Made by a program: the position numbers and the translations under genes. Of a DNA stretch of 33,415 nt, positions 17,766 through 27,383 are shown piece by piece (position 1 is the first letter of the stretch; every line of letters begins with the position of its first letter). The notes beneath the pieces were generated by a model. The model did not search any database. It was not told where the DNA came from and saw only the letters and a list, made by a program, of their open reading frames with translations. Source of the stretch: a virus; IMG/VR virus record IMGVR_UViG_3300027881_002280; one strand, written 5' to 3'.

Positions 17766-18161
17766 ATGCCCGCACTGGACCCGAACAAGAGCTACCGTAA
17801 ATTCCGGTGGCTTTTTTCTATGAAACAGAAAGGTCTATCGAACACCGCTATCGCTGAGATATGTGGTGTCAAGAGATGTACTATTGATAGGTGGGCGAAA
17901 CGCCTGAACATCTCTAAGTACATGAAGATGGACCGTAACAGTGACCTCTACCGTGAGTGGCGGAACAAGGTGTTCGCCAGGGACGGGTTTAGGTGCGTCG
18001 AGTGCGGTTCGAGACACGGGTTACAAGCCCACCACATTAAGCCGTGGGCAACACACCCCAAGGACCGATTCTTGGTTTCAAACGGACGGACGTTGTGCGG
18101 GGAGCACCACAGTCTGATACATCCGTGGATGAGACAACTTTACGAGGCCAAAAGCAGATAA
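17766..18161 (+). CDS. HNH endonuclease with N-terminal helix-turn-helix
   Basis: GLSNTAIAEICGVKRCTIDRW (HTH), CVECGSRHGLQAHHIKPW...NGRTLCGEHH (HNH). Confidence 0.9.
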   Translation: MPALDPNKSYRKFRWLFSMKQKGLSNTAIAEICGVKRCTIDRWAKRLNISKYMKMDRNSDLYREWRNKVFARDGFRCVECGSRHGLQAHHIKPWATHPKDRFLVSNGRTLCGEHHSLIHPWMRQLYEAKSR

Positions 18162-18174
18162 GAGGGCGAGTAGG

Positions 18175-19347
18175 ATGGAAGAAATTGAAATGAAGGAGAG
18201 CAACCGCATTATCCTGGGTCTTATCACAGACGGTAACAAGACCTATGATGCTCTTGTAAAAGAGAGCGGGTACTCCAGAGGAAGTGTAAGGGCACGAGTG
18301 GCCGAGCTAAACAAGCGTGGCTTCATCTTCAAGAGGAAGGTGGGCGAGACGGTCATGCTGTACCCAGTGTCAGTGGTCAACGAGACCCCTGATGGACGTG
18401 TTGTCACCACCTTCAACGAGGACGTTGGTGAGATGTGGGACCACCTCAATGAGGGGGAACCCTTCGAGTCCTTGAAGTATGGTGAGATAGTGAGACCTGG
18501 CCGCTCCTTCCAGAAGATGGACATGGTAGCGGAGAACCGGATGGACTCTGAGGATGTCATCCTGTTCATCTCAGACATGCACGTCGGGGCGAGGAACGAC
18601 CTAATCAGTAAGGATTCATGGGAGGGTATCTTCAAGACTCTCCTTGACAACGTACTCAAACTACTCAGCAGGGTCGAGGTGTCGGTGAGCATCGAAGCCA
18701 TCAACATCTACATGCTTGGTGACATCATCACCGGTGAGACCAAGTTCCCTGGTCAGGCGTTCGAGATTGACATGACTGTCAACGAGCAGATTAACGTGTT
18801 CGTCCACAACATGAAGGTGTTCCTTGAGGCTCTGTCAACTGGGTTCGGTGTCCCTATCCGTGTGTTCTGTGTCGCTGGTAACCACGGCACGGTGAGCAGG
18901 TTCGGGGCAAAGGAGACCAACTGGGACAGGACCGCATACGAGATGCTCAAGTGGGCCGTCAAGGAAGACGAGCACATCGAGGTACACTCTGCCAAGGGCT
19001 TCTACCAGATGGTGGAGCTGAGAGGGTGGCGCTACCTGCTGACCCATGGTGACAGCATCAACATGTATCAGAACATCCCCCTTTACGGAGCTATTCAGGC
19101 ATCAATGAGGTGGGCCGGTTCAATTGGTAGACATGACGTGCTCTGCATGGGGCACTTTCATCAGTCAACCATGATGCAGTGGAACGACACCACAATTCTT
19201 ATTAACGGTACAACCTATGTAGGAGACGAATTTTCCCTCGGTAAGCTGAAGCTGAAACCCGGAGCAATGTTCTGGATGTTCGGTTCATCAGACAAAAGGC
19301 CAATCACTTGGCAATACCGTGTGGATGTAGACGGAACAGAAATATAG
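18175..19347 (+). CDS. Winged-helix plus calcineurin-like metallophosphoesterase
   Basis: Motifs SDMHVG, MLGDIITG, AGNHG, LTHGD, MGHFHQ; N-terminal wHTH-like region. Confidence 0.85.
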   Translation: MEEIEMKESNRIILGLITDGNKTYDALVKESGYSRGSVRARVAELNKRGFIFKRKVGETVMLYPVSVVNETPDGRVVTTFNEDVGEMWDHLNEGEPFESLKYGEIVRPGRSFQKMDMVAENRMDSEDVILFISDMHVGARNDLISKDSWEGIFKTLLDNVLKLLSRVEVSVSIEAINIYMLGDIITGETKFPGQAFEIDMTVNEQINVFVHNMKVFLEALSTGFGVPIRVFCVAGNHGTVSRFGAKETNWDRTAYEMLKWAVKEDEHIEVHSAKGFYQMVELRGWRYLLTHGDSINMYQNIPLYGAIQASMRWAGSIGRHDVLCMGHFHQSTMMQWNDTTILINGTTYVGDEFSLGKLKLKPGAMFWMFGSSDKRPITWQYRVDVDGTEI

Positions 19348-19353
19348 AAGAGG

Positions 19354-20142
19354 ATGGTAAAAATGCCAGAAGAAGACGAGTTCGAGCGTCGCGCTAAGAT
19401 GCAGATGCTGTACGTAAAGGACCTTAAGGCCATGGACACTGAGGAGGGCTTCAAGGCCATCAGTGAGGACGAGAAGGGCAATGCTATTGCCTCATACGTC
19501 AACAAGGCCCGTGTTCAGTTCGAGCACCCCGACTCCGTCCAGCCACTGGATGGTGAGGGAAATGTCCTTCGTACAAACCCTAAGTTTGGCGCATGGCGCA
19601 TGTGGCGTATCCACGACCACGACCACGGCCACAGTATGGTGGTGTTCTTCTCGGAGAACACTACGAAGAACGAAGAGACGGACGAGTGGGAGTACAAGGA
19701 CCCCTTCGTTGTCCGTGACATCATGAACCACATCAGGGAAGTTGGCCTGACTGAAGACAACTGGAAGAAGTTCCTATTCGAATTGGGTAAGACCAAGGCG
19801 AAGTCTGGCAGTCAGGGCAAGTGGTACTGCCGTCTCATCTCGACGACAGCAGACACCCCTGGGTTGTTCGACGACCCGGAGTCAGCAAGGTATCAGGACA
19901 CCTTCGAGTTGCGTCTAGAGGAGGAGGTAATCGTGAAGAAGGTGAACAAGCTTGTCGAGAAGGGTGGCGTCCCCGAGGCGTTCACCAAGGACATGTTCCT
20001 GACCACGTTCATCTCCGGTGCTGCTGGTCCACCAACGACAGAACGACGGGCTACTACCATTTGGGAGATGGCCCGTACCGACCCCGAGAGGGTCGGCCTA
20101 CACCCCGACCTCGTGGAGTTTGTAAAGAAACATAGCGAGTAG
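19354..20142 (+). CDS. Hypothetical protein in replication module
   Basis: Long open frame between phosphoesterase and AAA+ ATPase. Confidence 0.8.
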   Translation: MVKMPEEDEFERRAKMQMLYVKDLKAMDTEEGFKAISEDEKGNAIASYVNKARVQFEHPDSVQPLDGEGNVLRTNPKFGAWRMWRIHDHDHGHSMVVFFSENTTKNEETDEWEYKDPFVVRDIMNHIREVGLTEDNWKKFLFELGKTKAKSGSQGKWYCRLISTTADTPGLFDDPESARYQDTFELRLEEEVIVKKVNKLVEKGGVPEAFTKDMFLTTFISGAAGPPTTERRATTIWEMARTDPERVGLHPDLVEFVKKHSE

Positions 20143-20209
20143 GGGCCCCCCTGGAAAGGCGCGGTTTGGGGTCCGCCTAGCTAAAACCCCACCCCCCAGG
20201 GGGTCTCGT

Positions 20210-21829
20210 ATGGTAGACACACTAGACATATTCGCAGCAGCTGAAAAGCAAGAGGAGCACCTGGCCAAGATAGCAGAGGTGGCTAGGTTAGAAATGTTTG
20301 ACCTCGACCTATTCTTTGAGAACGCATACTTCATGGGGAAACTTGACCCCGTGATAGGCAACCACGAGACGCGATGCACTACAGCACTAGCGTGGATTGT
20401 CTCGGAGAACTCGGTCATCGTTAGAGGAGAGAGCGGAACAGGAAAGACCAAGATTATGAACGCATGCATGGACCTCATGTGGGGTGACGAGGCTCACCTT
20501 GGCGAGGTCCTTGAAGTGTACCCAATATATCAATCAGCAGAGAAGGGACTACTTACGTGGGACGAGGCCGAGCGCATCAGACAGGCGACGTGGTGTTTCA
20601 TCCCTGAGTTGCAGAATGTGAAGGCGCACATCCAGATGATTAAGGGGTGGACTGAGGGTAAGACCTGGGTCTATAAGAGACAGAACAGGAAGCACACCTC
20701 GACTGAGACCATTGAGTTGGTCCCCCTCCCTATCCTCACCAACCTGGCTGAGGGCAACGAGGTGATGAAGGACATAGGGGCAGAGATGCGCCGTCGTTTC
20801 CTCAACGTCTGGACCACCAACAGCATGGCACAGAACGAACGCATCAAGCTGCGCAAGGCACAGATGCGTCTGCTACCTGAGAAGGAACTGCTCACCATGA
20901 ACATGGAACGTAAGCAGTTGTTGAGAGCCCACATGTACAACGTCATAGAGAAGAAGCCAGAGGTCATTGTGAACCCCTGCATCATGGAGATTAGTAAAGC
21001 AATCCCAAGCAAGTTCGTTGTGAGTAACTCTTACACCGACTACTTCTTCAACGCCATTGAGTCTGTCGCCAAGTTCTACTACAACAGGAACATGTGGATA
21101 GACGACAGGCTGATAGCCTCACCAGCAGACAACAAGATAGCATGGATTATCTTCGGACCTCAGTTGGTGGACGCATGCCTAGGGATACCCTTCGGCATCG
21201 GCAGGTCCATTGTTGACATCGTGCCAGAGATAAAGACCTTCGAGGGTCTACAGGCAGACAGCAGTGGTGGGTTCGACATCCAGGACATCGCTGACTCCCT
21301 AGAGGTTGACGGCATGGCGATGGAGATGGAGGCACTGAACAGTATCATGGCTAAACTAACCGCGTCTGGTAGTGTCAAGCAGAACCCAAGGACGAAGAGA
21401 TACTCTAAGAGGAAGGACGTTGGGCACGACGACGCCGGTGTCAACTGGTCCAAGATGGTTGACGAGGCGGTGAACTTCATGCGGATGACCTACCCAGACC
21501 ACGCTGGGCAGTATGAAACTGATTACTGTACTGGTAAAGGTCTTGTGTACGTTCATCCGTTCACAGGTGTTACCATGAGTCTACTAACTGATAAAAAGGT
21601 TCGAGAAGATGCTGAAGATGAGAGGTTGAATCTGTTAAATGAGAAGTTTGAACTGTTAACACTGTCTACAATCGAGTTGTGTGTTGACTACTTCAAGAAC
21701 AAGTCAACCCCCATGGGGCCACCACCTAAGGTGTTCTTCATGAACGACATACCCAAACAGGTGGGGCTGGTGGACCTAGATGAACTCTCTGACCTGTATG
21801 AACTACTGAAGAGGAGTGACAATGGATAA
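20210..21829 (+). CDS. AAA+ family ATPase, candidate replicative helicase/loader
   Basis: Walker A GESGTGKT, Walker-B-like TWCFIPELQN, sensor-1-like LPILTNLAEGN, arginine-finger-like RRRFLNVW. Confidence 0.8.
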   Translation: MVDTLDIFAAAEKQEEHLAKIAEVARLEMFDLDLFFENAYFMGKLDPVIGNHETRCTTALAWIVSENSVIVRGESGTGKTKIMNACMDLMWGDEAHLGEVLEVYPIYQSAEKGLLTWDEAERIRQATWCFIPELQNVKAHIQMIKGWTEGKTWVYKRQNRKHTSTETIELVPLPILTNLAEGNEVMKDIGAEMRRRFLNVWTTNSMAQNERIKLRKAQMRLLPEKELLTMNMERKQLLRAHMYNVIEKKPEVIVNPCIMEISKAIPSKFVVSNSYTDYFFNAIESVAKFYYNRNMWIDDRLIASPADNKIAWIIFGPQLVDACLGIPFGIGRSIVDIVPEIKTFEGLQADSSGGFDIQDIADSLEVDGMAMEMEALNSIMAKLTASGSVKQNPRTKRYSKRKDVGHDDAGVNWSKMVDEAVNFMRMTYPDHAGQYETDYCTGKGLVYVHPFTGVTMSLLTDKKVREDAEDERLNLLNEKFELLTLSTIELCVDYFKNKSTPMGPPPKVFFMNDIPKQVGLVDLDELSDLYELLKRSDNG

Positions 21830-22070
21830 CCCATACCAGAGCATGAACTTAACAGGTACGAAGGCCGGGAAGTCTAGGGTTGTCAAGACCTCAAGCGGCC
21901 ATGTATTCTGTAATGGTTGTGGAGCCAGCATAGGCGGTAGTGTGGGGAGGGATATATCCTGCACTCAGTACAATGGCCTCAGTCGTGAGCAGGTTCTGAA
22001 GAGGATGGGAAACAAGGACCCGGAGATACTCAAGGCAGTCCTTGAGAACTACGGATTTGAGGAGAGATAG
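21816..22070 (+). CDS. Small CxxC hypothetical protein
   Basis: VFCNGCGASIGG...; overlaps the 3' end of the ATPase gene. Confidence 0.55.
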   Translation: MTMDNPYQSMNLTGTKAGKSRVVKTSSGHVFCNGCGASIGGSVGRDISCTQYNGLSREQVLKRMGNKDPEILKAVLENYGFEER

Positions 22071-22071
22071 T

Positions 22072-22281
22072 ATGGACAACCCATTTGGGAACCCGGAAGA
22101 GACGTACAAAGGTATGAGCAGAGACACACTACTACGCACGTTGGCCAGAGACTACCTCCTAACTATTGAGGAGGTGGAGGACGTATTCACCAGACTCGGT
22201 CATCACTTTCAGGGCCCAGATGGACAGTATACTGTAGACTACATCCGTAGAGAGAGGGGAAGAAGGGGACAGAGGATATGA
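22072..22281 (+). CDS. Small hypothetical protein MDNPFGNPEETYKGMSRD...
   Basis: Internal ATG of track ORF 22042-22281; overlaps primase start. Confidence 0.5.
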   Translation: MDNPFGNPEETYKGMSRDTLLRTLARDYLLTIEEVEDVFTRLGHHFQGPDGQYTVDYIRRERGRRGQRI

Positions 22282-23273
22282 ACCTTCAGAAAGCCAACGC
22301 CAAGTTCTGCACTGGAGCAGCAGAGTTGTGGTACATCTACAACATCCAGAACAAGAAGGTGTTCACCGAGAAGGTGCCCCGTCTCTTCAACCCCATGAAG
22401 CACGGCATCCTAAGGACCATCAGGAGCAGGTCACCAGGCCAGTACCTCATGGTCATGGACATCGACGGCGAGGGCTTGACTGACCCCATGCTACGGATAG
22501 GAGAGTACGTCTGGGACAACTGTGACAAGGGGGAGAAGCCCCTTCTAAAGGACAGTGGTGAGAAAGGACTACAGTTGATATGGAATGTGGTCTTCCCTGA
22601 GCCACCGGACGAAGGCGTGGCGATAAAGAAATTAGAGCTATTAGCATGGGAACTATATAATAGGTTCGACTTCAAGAAACATCACATCGACTTCGGTCCC
22701 CCCGGAGCAACCGAAGTACCGTACGTTGACACCTCTATGTTTCAGAGGAACCGCAAAGTGAGAGGGTTTTGCACCCGTTTCACGGGTAACTACTCCGTCC
22801 CACTGCATCCCAGGGATGATTTAGAGACCGCTAAACTCCGTAGAACTACACCCTCCAGTGTACTAGATTATGAGATGGGGACGTTCATCTTTTCTGACAC
22901 GTTGCTCACTTGTGATAGACCCCCCTACTTCTACGAGTTTGAGTCAGACCTCCTTGCCTCGGTGGACCTGGACGTGACACGGGTGCCCCTCTCACATCAA
23001 GACACATTTAAAAGGTTACCAAAGTATTTAAAAGGCGTAGTGCTATACGACGGACACATACACCATCACCGTAAGAGGTGGTTGGTGTGGTACATGTACA
23101 GGATGGGCTTCGGTGCTGAGGCCATCGTGGAGTTCGTGATGGCTACATGCAAGTGGTCTGACCTGGACAGTGAGAAGGAGACACGGAAGCATGTCGTATC
23201 GCTGCGCAAGAACTACGAGAGAGCAGTAAGGGAGAGTGGCGCGTTTACTTTCCCAGAGTTTATATACGATTGA
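22278..23273 (+). CDS. priS: Archaeo-eukaryotic-type primase catalytic subunit (PriS-like)
   Basis: YLMVMDIDG, SGEKGLQLIWNV, VDTSMFQRNRKVRGFCTRF...YSVPL are AEP signatures. Confidence 0.8.
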   Translation: MNLQKANAKFCTGAAELWYIYNIQNKKVFTEKVPRLFNPMKHGILRTIRSRSPGQYLMVMDIDGEGLTDPMLRIGEYVWDNCDKGEKPLLKDSGEKGLQLIWNVVFPEPPDEGVAIKKLELLAWELYNRFDFKKHHIDFGPPGATEVPYVDTSMFQRNRKVRGFCTRFTGNYSVPLHPRDDLETAKLRRTTPSSVLDYEMGTFIFSDTLLTCDRPPYFYEFESDLLASVDLDVTRVPLSHQDTFKRLPKYLKGVVLYDGHIHHHRKRWLVWYMYRMGFGAEAIVEFVMATCKWSDLDSEKETRKHVVSLRKNYERAVRESGAFTFPEFIYD

Positions 23274-23282
23274 GGGATTTGG

Positions 23283-23420
23283 ATGGAAGAGTGTATATTT
23301 GGCCACGAGATACCGGACAGTATGTACCGGGCGTACATCAGTTACAAGGGTGACCGTAGATGCATCTGTATGGCGCACGATGCTGAGGTTTACCATGGAA
23401 GGATGAAGTTACCGAGGTAG
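23283..23420 (+). CDS. 45-aa hypothetical protein MEECIFGHEIPDSMYRAYISYKGD...
   Basis: Open frame between primase and zinc-ribbon gene. Confidence 0.4.
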   Translation: MEECIFGHEIPDSMYRAYISYKGDRRCICMAHDAEVYHGRMKLPR

Positions 23421-23424
23421 TAGG

Positions 23425-23616
23425 ATGGACTGCTACAGGTGTGGTAGAGAGCTAGACGACGGGGAAGGACCGGAATGTATGGAGTGTAAGTTGGATGGAA
23501 TCAGTGAACATTTTTCTCCTGACTGGGAGTTACACGAACATAGAAAAAAGCGTTCCCGAGATAAGGTTGTTCGGAAGAACTTCGAGTGGGGATTCGATTA
23601 TCCTGACGACTACTGA
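23425..23616 (+). CDS. Zinc-ribbon protein MDCYRCGRELDDGEGPECMECK...
   Basis: Paired CxxC; 3' part overlaps PolB in another frame. Confidence 0.6.
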   Translation: MDCYRCGRELDDGEGPECMECKLDGISEHFSPDWELHEHRKKRSRDKVVRKNFEWGFDYPDDY

Positions 23617-25822
23617 CTTCCATCCTTACTTCTACGTAAGGACGAAGAGCAGCGGTGTCAAGTTCCTTCTTCAGCTGGACGAACGGGTAACGGACACGGA
23701 AGATGTGAGGCTCAAGGTGCCTGGAGGAGAGGAAGACTTTATCAAGGTCACGACAAGGGCACCCTACGATGTCTCTAAGATACGCAAGACACTCCAAGAC
23801 GCAGGCCATCAGGTGTACGCGGCAGACATCCTGTACCACCTGAGGTTCCTGTACGACATGGAGTTGGGGGCGTTCATCAATGCCAAAGGACACATCACGA
23901 AGACGGACGACAACGGAGTCAAGTGGATGGCCGTCGAGGAGTGGGGACCAGGAAAGGTCTTCGAACCCGACCTCTCATACATGTCCATTGACATTGAGAA
24001 TTCCATGGAGAGGGAAGATAAGAAAATTCTGTGTATCGGGTGGGCTTTCGAGTACAGAGGAGAACGGGAGACGGGATGCGTTTATGGTCAAGAGTCCGAT
24101 ATACTTGAGACCATATCACGCCTCATTAACGAGTACGACCCAGATGTTATCACTGGATACAATATTAATCAATACGACCTCCCCCACATCCTTCGACGGT
24201 GTGGCAGTGCAGACATTAGTCTTCACATCGGAAGAGACGGTTCAAATCCCCGGCCAAAGTATCTCGGTCGAGCCAAGCGGGACGATAGTGGTGAACTCGC
24301 AGATAGTGACATTGAGAGGTGGCTTGTCAATGGACGAGTTATCGCTGATGCTTGGAAAATCGCAAGAGAAACCTGGCACCCGAAACGCGAGACACTACGC
24401 TTTGTTGCGGACAGTCTTGGCCTCGCACCCAAGATGGATGTGGACACGGCTCAAATCGACGATGAGTGGAGACGAAACAGACAGAAAGTGAGAGAATACT
24501 GTACTCATGACGCTGAGTTGGCACTGGACATCCTGCTAGAGTCGAAGATGATGTTCGACGGCAGGTTCATGGCGGAGAAGGCGGGGCTACCGCTGGAGTT
24601 CTGCGTCCTACCACGACAGTCGTGGCTCATCGACGCGCTGCTCATCCCTCTGTTTGACAAGGCTGGGTGGGCTGTACCCTGCATGAACTGGGGCATCAAG
24701 TCCGAAGGCAAGATTAAGGGTGCCCACGTAGTGCAGCCTGTAGCAGGTCTCTACGACTGGGTGTACCTGCTTGACTTCAAGGCGATGTACCCCAGCATCA
24801 TCATCTCTGACAACATGTGCTTCACCACCCACATTGATGGGGAGCAGTTCGACAAGAGCTTCAAGGGCATCGTCCCACAGATGATAGCCGCACTACAGGG
24901 AGAGAGAGACTATGCTAAAGGACAATATAAGGCGACTGGGGAGACGTATTGGGACCGCGTTCAGTGGGCTGTCAAGATACTTTCGAACGCGGTTTACGGG
25001 CTCTTCACCAGCCCTTTCTACCGTTTCACTAACCGATTCATCGGGGAGGCGATTACAGCTCACGCTAGACGAAACATCCATGAGGTCCTTGAGAAGCTTG
25101 CTGAGTGGGGATACACCACTCTGTATGGAGATACGGATTCAGTTTTCGTCACAGCAGACGGAGAAGGAGAAGAAGCAGTTGATAGAGGGCGCAACCTGGC
25201 TCTTCGGCTCTCTGAGGGCAGTATGATACTGGAGTTAGAGAAGGTATTCGAGAGGTGGTTTACACATGGAAAGAAGAAACGATATATTGGTCTTGTCTTT
25301 TGGCCCAATAAAGGAGACCTCTATACACGAGGGTATGAGGTGCGACGAGGCGATACTTTCGTTCATCAAGACGCGACTCTTACGGCTCTTCTCCGTGACA
25401 TCGTTGACCCAAACGTGGACCCGGACAAGGCATGTAGAGATGCTTCAAAGTCCGTTGTCACTCTTCTCAGAGGAGAGGTGGAGACTGAGAACCTTGTTAT
25501 CACTAAAACAGTCTACCCAGAAGGAAATTATAAGAATCCTGATAGAATGATGGGGGTGAGGGCTTCCCGTAAGCTCATGGAGTATGGTTACCGGTGGATA
25601 CCGGGGACCAAACTGTCGTGGATTGTGACGGATGGGACGAAGTCACCCATGACAGTAGAGCCCTGGATACCAACCAGGGTAGAGAAACCAATACCAGACC
25701 TGACGTACTACGCCAGACGTGTGGTGGACACCATCGTGGACATCACTGCTGTCTTTGGGTACGACAGAGACGGGTTGTATAGTGGGACGAAGCCCACAAC
25801 ACTTGAGAGGTTTGGACTATGA
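23495..25822 (+). CDS. polB: Family B DNA polymerase
   Basis: Exo motifs MSIDIEN, YNINQYDLP, YCTHDAEL; pol motifs DFKAMYPSII, KILSNAVYG, YGDTDSVFV, KKRYIG. Confidence 0.97.
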   Translation: MESVNIFLLTGSYTNIEKSVPEIRLFGRTSSGDSIILTTTDFHPYFYVRTKSSGVKFLLQLDERVTDTEDVRLKVPGGEEDFIKVTTRAPYDVSKIRKTLQDAGHQVYAADILYHLRFLYDMELGAFINAKGHITKTDDNGVKWMAVEEWGPGKVFEPDLSYMSIDIENSMEREDKKILCIGWAFEYRGERETGCVYGQESDILETISRLINEYDPDVITGYNINQYDLPHILRRCGSADISLHIGRDGSNPRPKYLGRAKRDDSGELADSDIERWLVNGRVIADAWKIARETWHPKRETLRFVADSLGLAPKMDVDTAQIDDEWRRNRQKVREYCTHDAELALDILLESKMMFDGRFMAEKAGLPLEFCVLPRQSWLIDALLIPLFDKAGWAVPCMNWGIKSEGKIKGAHVVQPVAGLYDWVYLLDFKAMYPSIIISDNMCFTTHIDGEQFDKSFKGIVPQMIAALQGERDYAKGQYKATGETYWDRVQWAVKILSNAVYGLFTSPFYRFTNRFIGEAITAHARRNIHEVLEKLAEWGYTTLYGDTDSVFVTADGEGEEAVDRGRNLALRLSEGSMILELEKVFERWFTHGKKKRYIGLVFWPNKGDLYTRGYEVRRGDTFVHQDATLTALLRDIVDPNVDPDKACRDASKSVVTLLRGEVETENLVITKTVYPEGNYKNPDRMMGVRASRKLMEYGYRWIPGTKLSWIVTDGTKSPMTVEPWIPTRVEKPIPDLTYYARRVVDTIVDITAVFGYDRDGLYSGTKPTTLERFGL

Positions 25823-26007
25823 CAATGCCAGAGGCGAAACAGGGGATGAAGCACGTAATCTACACGTTGCTCAACTATATACAGGAGAAATGGAGTGACT
25901 TGCTTCTCAACTGGGTGCAGGACAACATCACCATCGAGGGTGGGGACCTACAGATGGACGGCCCGGATGACTGGTGGTTGGAGAACGAGGAGTTTGGATA
26001 TAGATGA
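25819..26007 (+). CDS. Small hypothetical protein MTMPEAKQGMKHVIYTLLNY...
   Basis: ATGA overlap with polB stop. Confidence 0.55.
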   Translation: MTMPEAKQGMKHVIYTLLNYIQEKWSDLLLNWVQDNITIEGGDLQMDGPDDWWLENEEFGYR

Positions 26008-26351
26008 AGATGAATATCATAAGCCAGAAGAACAGGCACTTTCTCTTCCAGAGGACGATAGACCAGTGGGGTATAGACGGGCAAATTCTGACGGCTGCGG
26101 AGGAGTGTTGTGAACTGGCCCATGCTTGTATCCAAGTGGTGACCAGAGGTAGCGATGACTTCGACTATCACTTCGAGCACCTATGTGAGGAGTTCGCTGA
26201 TGTTACCATTATGATGGAGCAGATGCGGTACATCTTCTGCAAGGAGTTGAACCTGGAGAAGCACTTCAATAGGAAGGTGGGGCAGTATATGAGTTTCAAG
26301 CTTAACCGCCTGGTTAATAGGTTGGATAACACACTGAAGGAGGTGAAGTGA
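26004..26351 (+). CDS. MazG-like nucleotide pyrophosphohydrolase
   Basis: TAAEECCELAHA...LCEEFADVTIMMEQ (ExxE...ExxD). Confidence 0.7.
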   Translation: MKMNIISQKNRHFLFQRTIDQWGIDGQILTAAEECCELAHACIQVVTRGSDDFDYHFEHLCEEFADVTIMMEQMRYIFCKELNLEKHFNRKVGQYMSFKLNRLVNRLDNTLKEVK

Positions 26352-27169
26352 CGGCAGATACTACTCCCATCCTAATACATGGGGACGCAAGGGAGTTGTC
26401 ACGGTACGTGGGGGAACTGCTACCAAACGGAGTGAACGATATCGCATGTGTCGTCACCTCACCTCCATACAAGGACTCTGGGGGGTACACCCCGGAGTTG
26501 ATACAGGACGTTGCCGTTGAGTTCGATAAGATGAGGTACCCTGGACCCATCTTCATCAACTTCGGTGACCTTACAGCCCACCCTTGGAGGTCCTTCGAGA
26601 CAGCCAAGATGTTCTGCGACTGGGGTGACATGTACCTCATGCAGACCATCATCTGGGTGAAGAACCACTACACCCCACGCCAGGGACATAGAACGTTTGA
26701 CTCACGACACGAGTACATATTCTATATAGTTGGTGACTATGATAAACCCCCTCACCTTAGAAGAACAGCGGAGCACGTCGCCGTTCGGTACAGCGACAAA
26801 TCCAACGTACGGAGATACGGACTCGACGTGGATGCCAAATGTCCGGGTACCGTATGGTACATACCCTACGAGACCGTTAGAAGTAGTGGGGCACATCAGC
26901 ATCCCCATAGATTTCCTGTCGCGCTCCCGAGAAGAGCTATTGCGGCGACCGTACCTGAGGCTAGTGGAGGATGCGTACTCGACCCTTTTTCGGGGTCAGG
27001 AACTACTCTCGTCGCTGCGGGGGCTGCCGGACTCCGTGGAATTGGAATTGAGCTTGACCCTGAGTTTATCAATATCACACGGGAGAGGCTCGGCGGGGAC
27101 TGTGAGGTTGTGAACTATGACCCGGACAAGAAGATACCCTTTAAGAGGTTGTCGGTACCTAGCGTTTAA
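26348..27169 (+). CDS. DNA methyltransferase, probable N4-cytosine or N6-adenine (beta/gamma-type)
   Basis: CVVTSPPYKDSGG (motif IV) and DPFSGSGTTLVAAG (motif I). Confidence 0.9.
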   Translation: MTADTTPILIHGDARELSRYVGELLPNGVNDIACVVTSPPYKDSGGYTPELIQDVAVEFDKMRYPGPIFINFGDLTAHPWRSFETAKMFCDWGDMYLMQTIIWVKNHYTPRQGHRTFDSRHEYIFYIVGDYDKPPHLRRTAEHVAVRYSDKSNVRRYGLDVDAKCPGTVWYIPYETVRSSGAHQHPHRFPVALPRRAIAATVPEASGGCVLDPFSGSGTTLVAAGAAGLRGIGIELDPEFINITRERLGGDCEVVNYDPDKKIPFKRLSVPSV

Positions 27170-27173
27170 ATAT

Positions 27174-27383
27174 GTGAACAACCGACGGGATAGTGACCTG
27201 GACTTCTGGGTCATCACCTGTACTAAGGATGCTAAGTGTGCTCATCGGGACAGAGAAGGCGGTACTACCAAGACGTGCCTCTCTGACCCGTATACAGTAA
27301 CTATAGGAGAGATAAAGGATGGTATTAGAAAGAGAGGAAGCGATGGTGGAACTCCACAACCTGTGGTCACAGATGGTGGCTGA
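27174..27383 (+). CDS. Hypothetical protein MNNRRDSDLDFWVITCTKD...
   Basis: GTG start within track ORF 27117-27383. Confidence 0.5.
   Translation: MNNRRDSDLDFWVITCTKDAKCAHRDREGGTTKTCLSDPYTVTIGEIKDGIRKRGSDGGTPQPVVTDGG

Noticed and set aside
17766-18161. HNH gene as part of a group I or II intron or intein
   Set aside because: Freestanding with its own HTH; no intron or intein junctions seen in adjacent genes, and PolB motifs are uninterrupted.
20210-21829. Could the ATPase be a terminase large subunit?
   Set aside because: Walker A (GESGTGKT), sensor-1-like and arginine-finger-like motifs plus the primase/PolB context favour an AAA+ replication ATPase; no C-terminal nuclease triad recognised.
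23880-24491. 203-aa plus-strand ORF in another frame of polB
   Set aside because: Entirely inside the exonuclease domain of PolB; Ser/Thr/Arg-rich out-of-frame composition.
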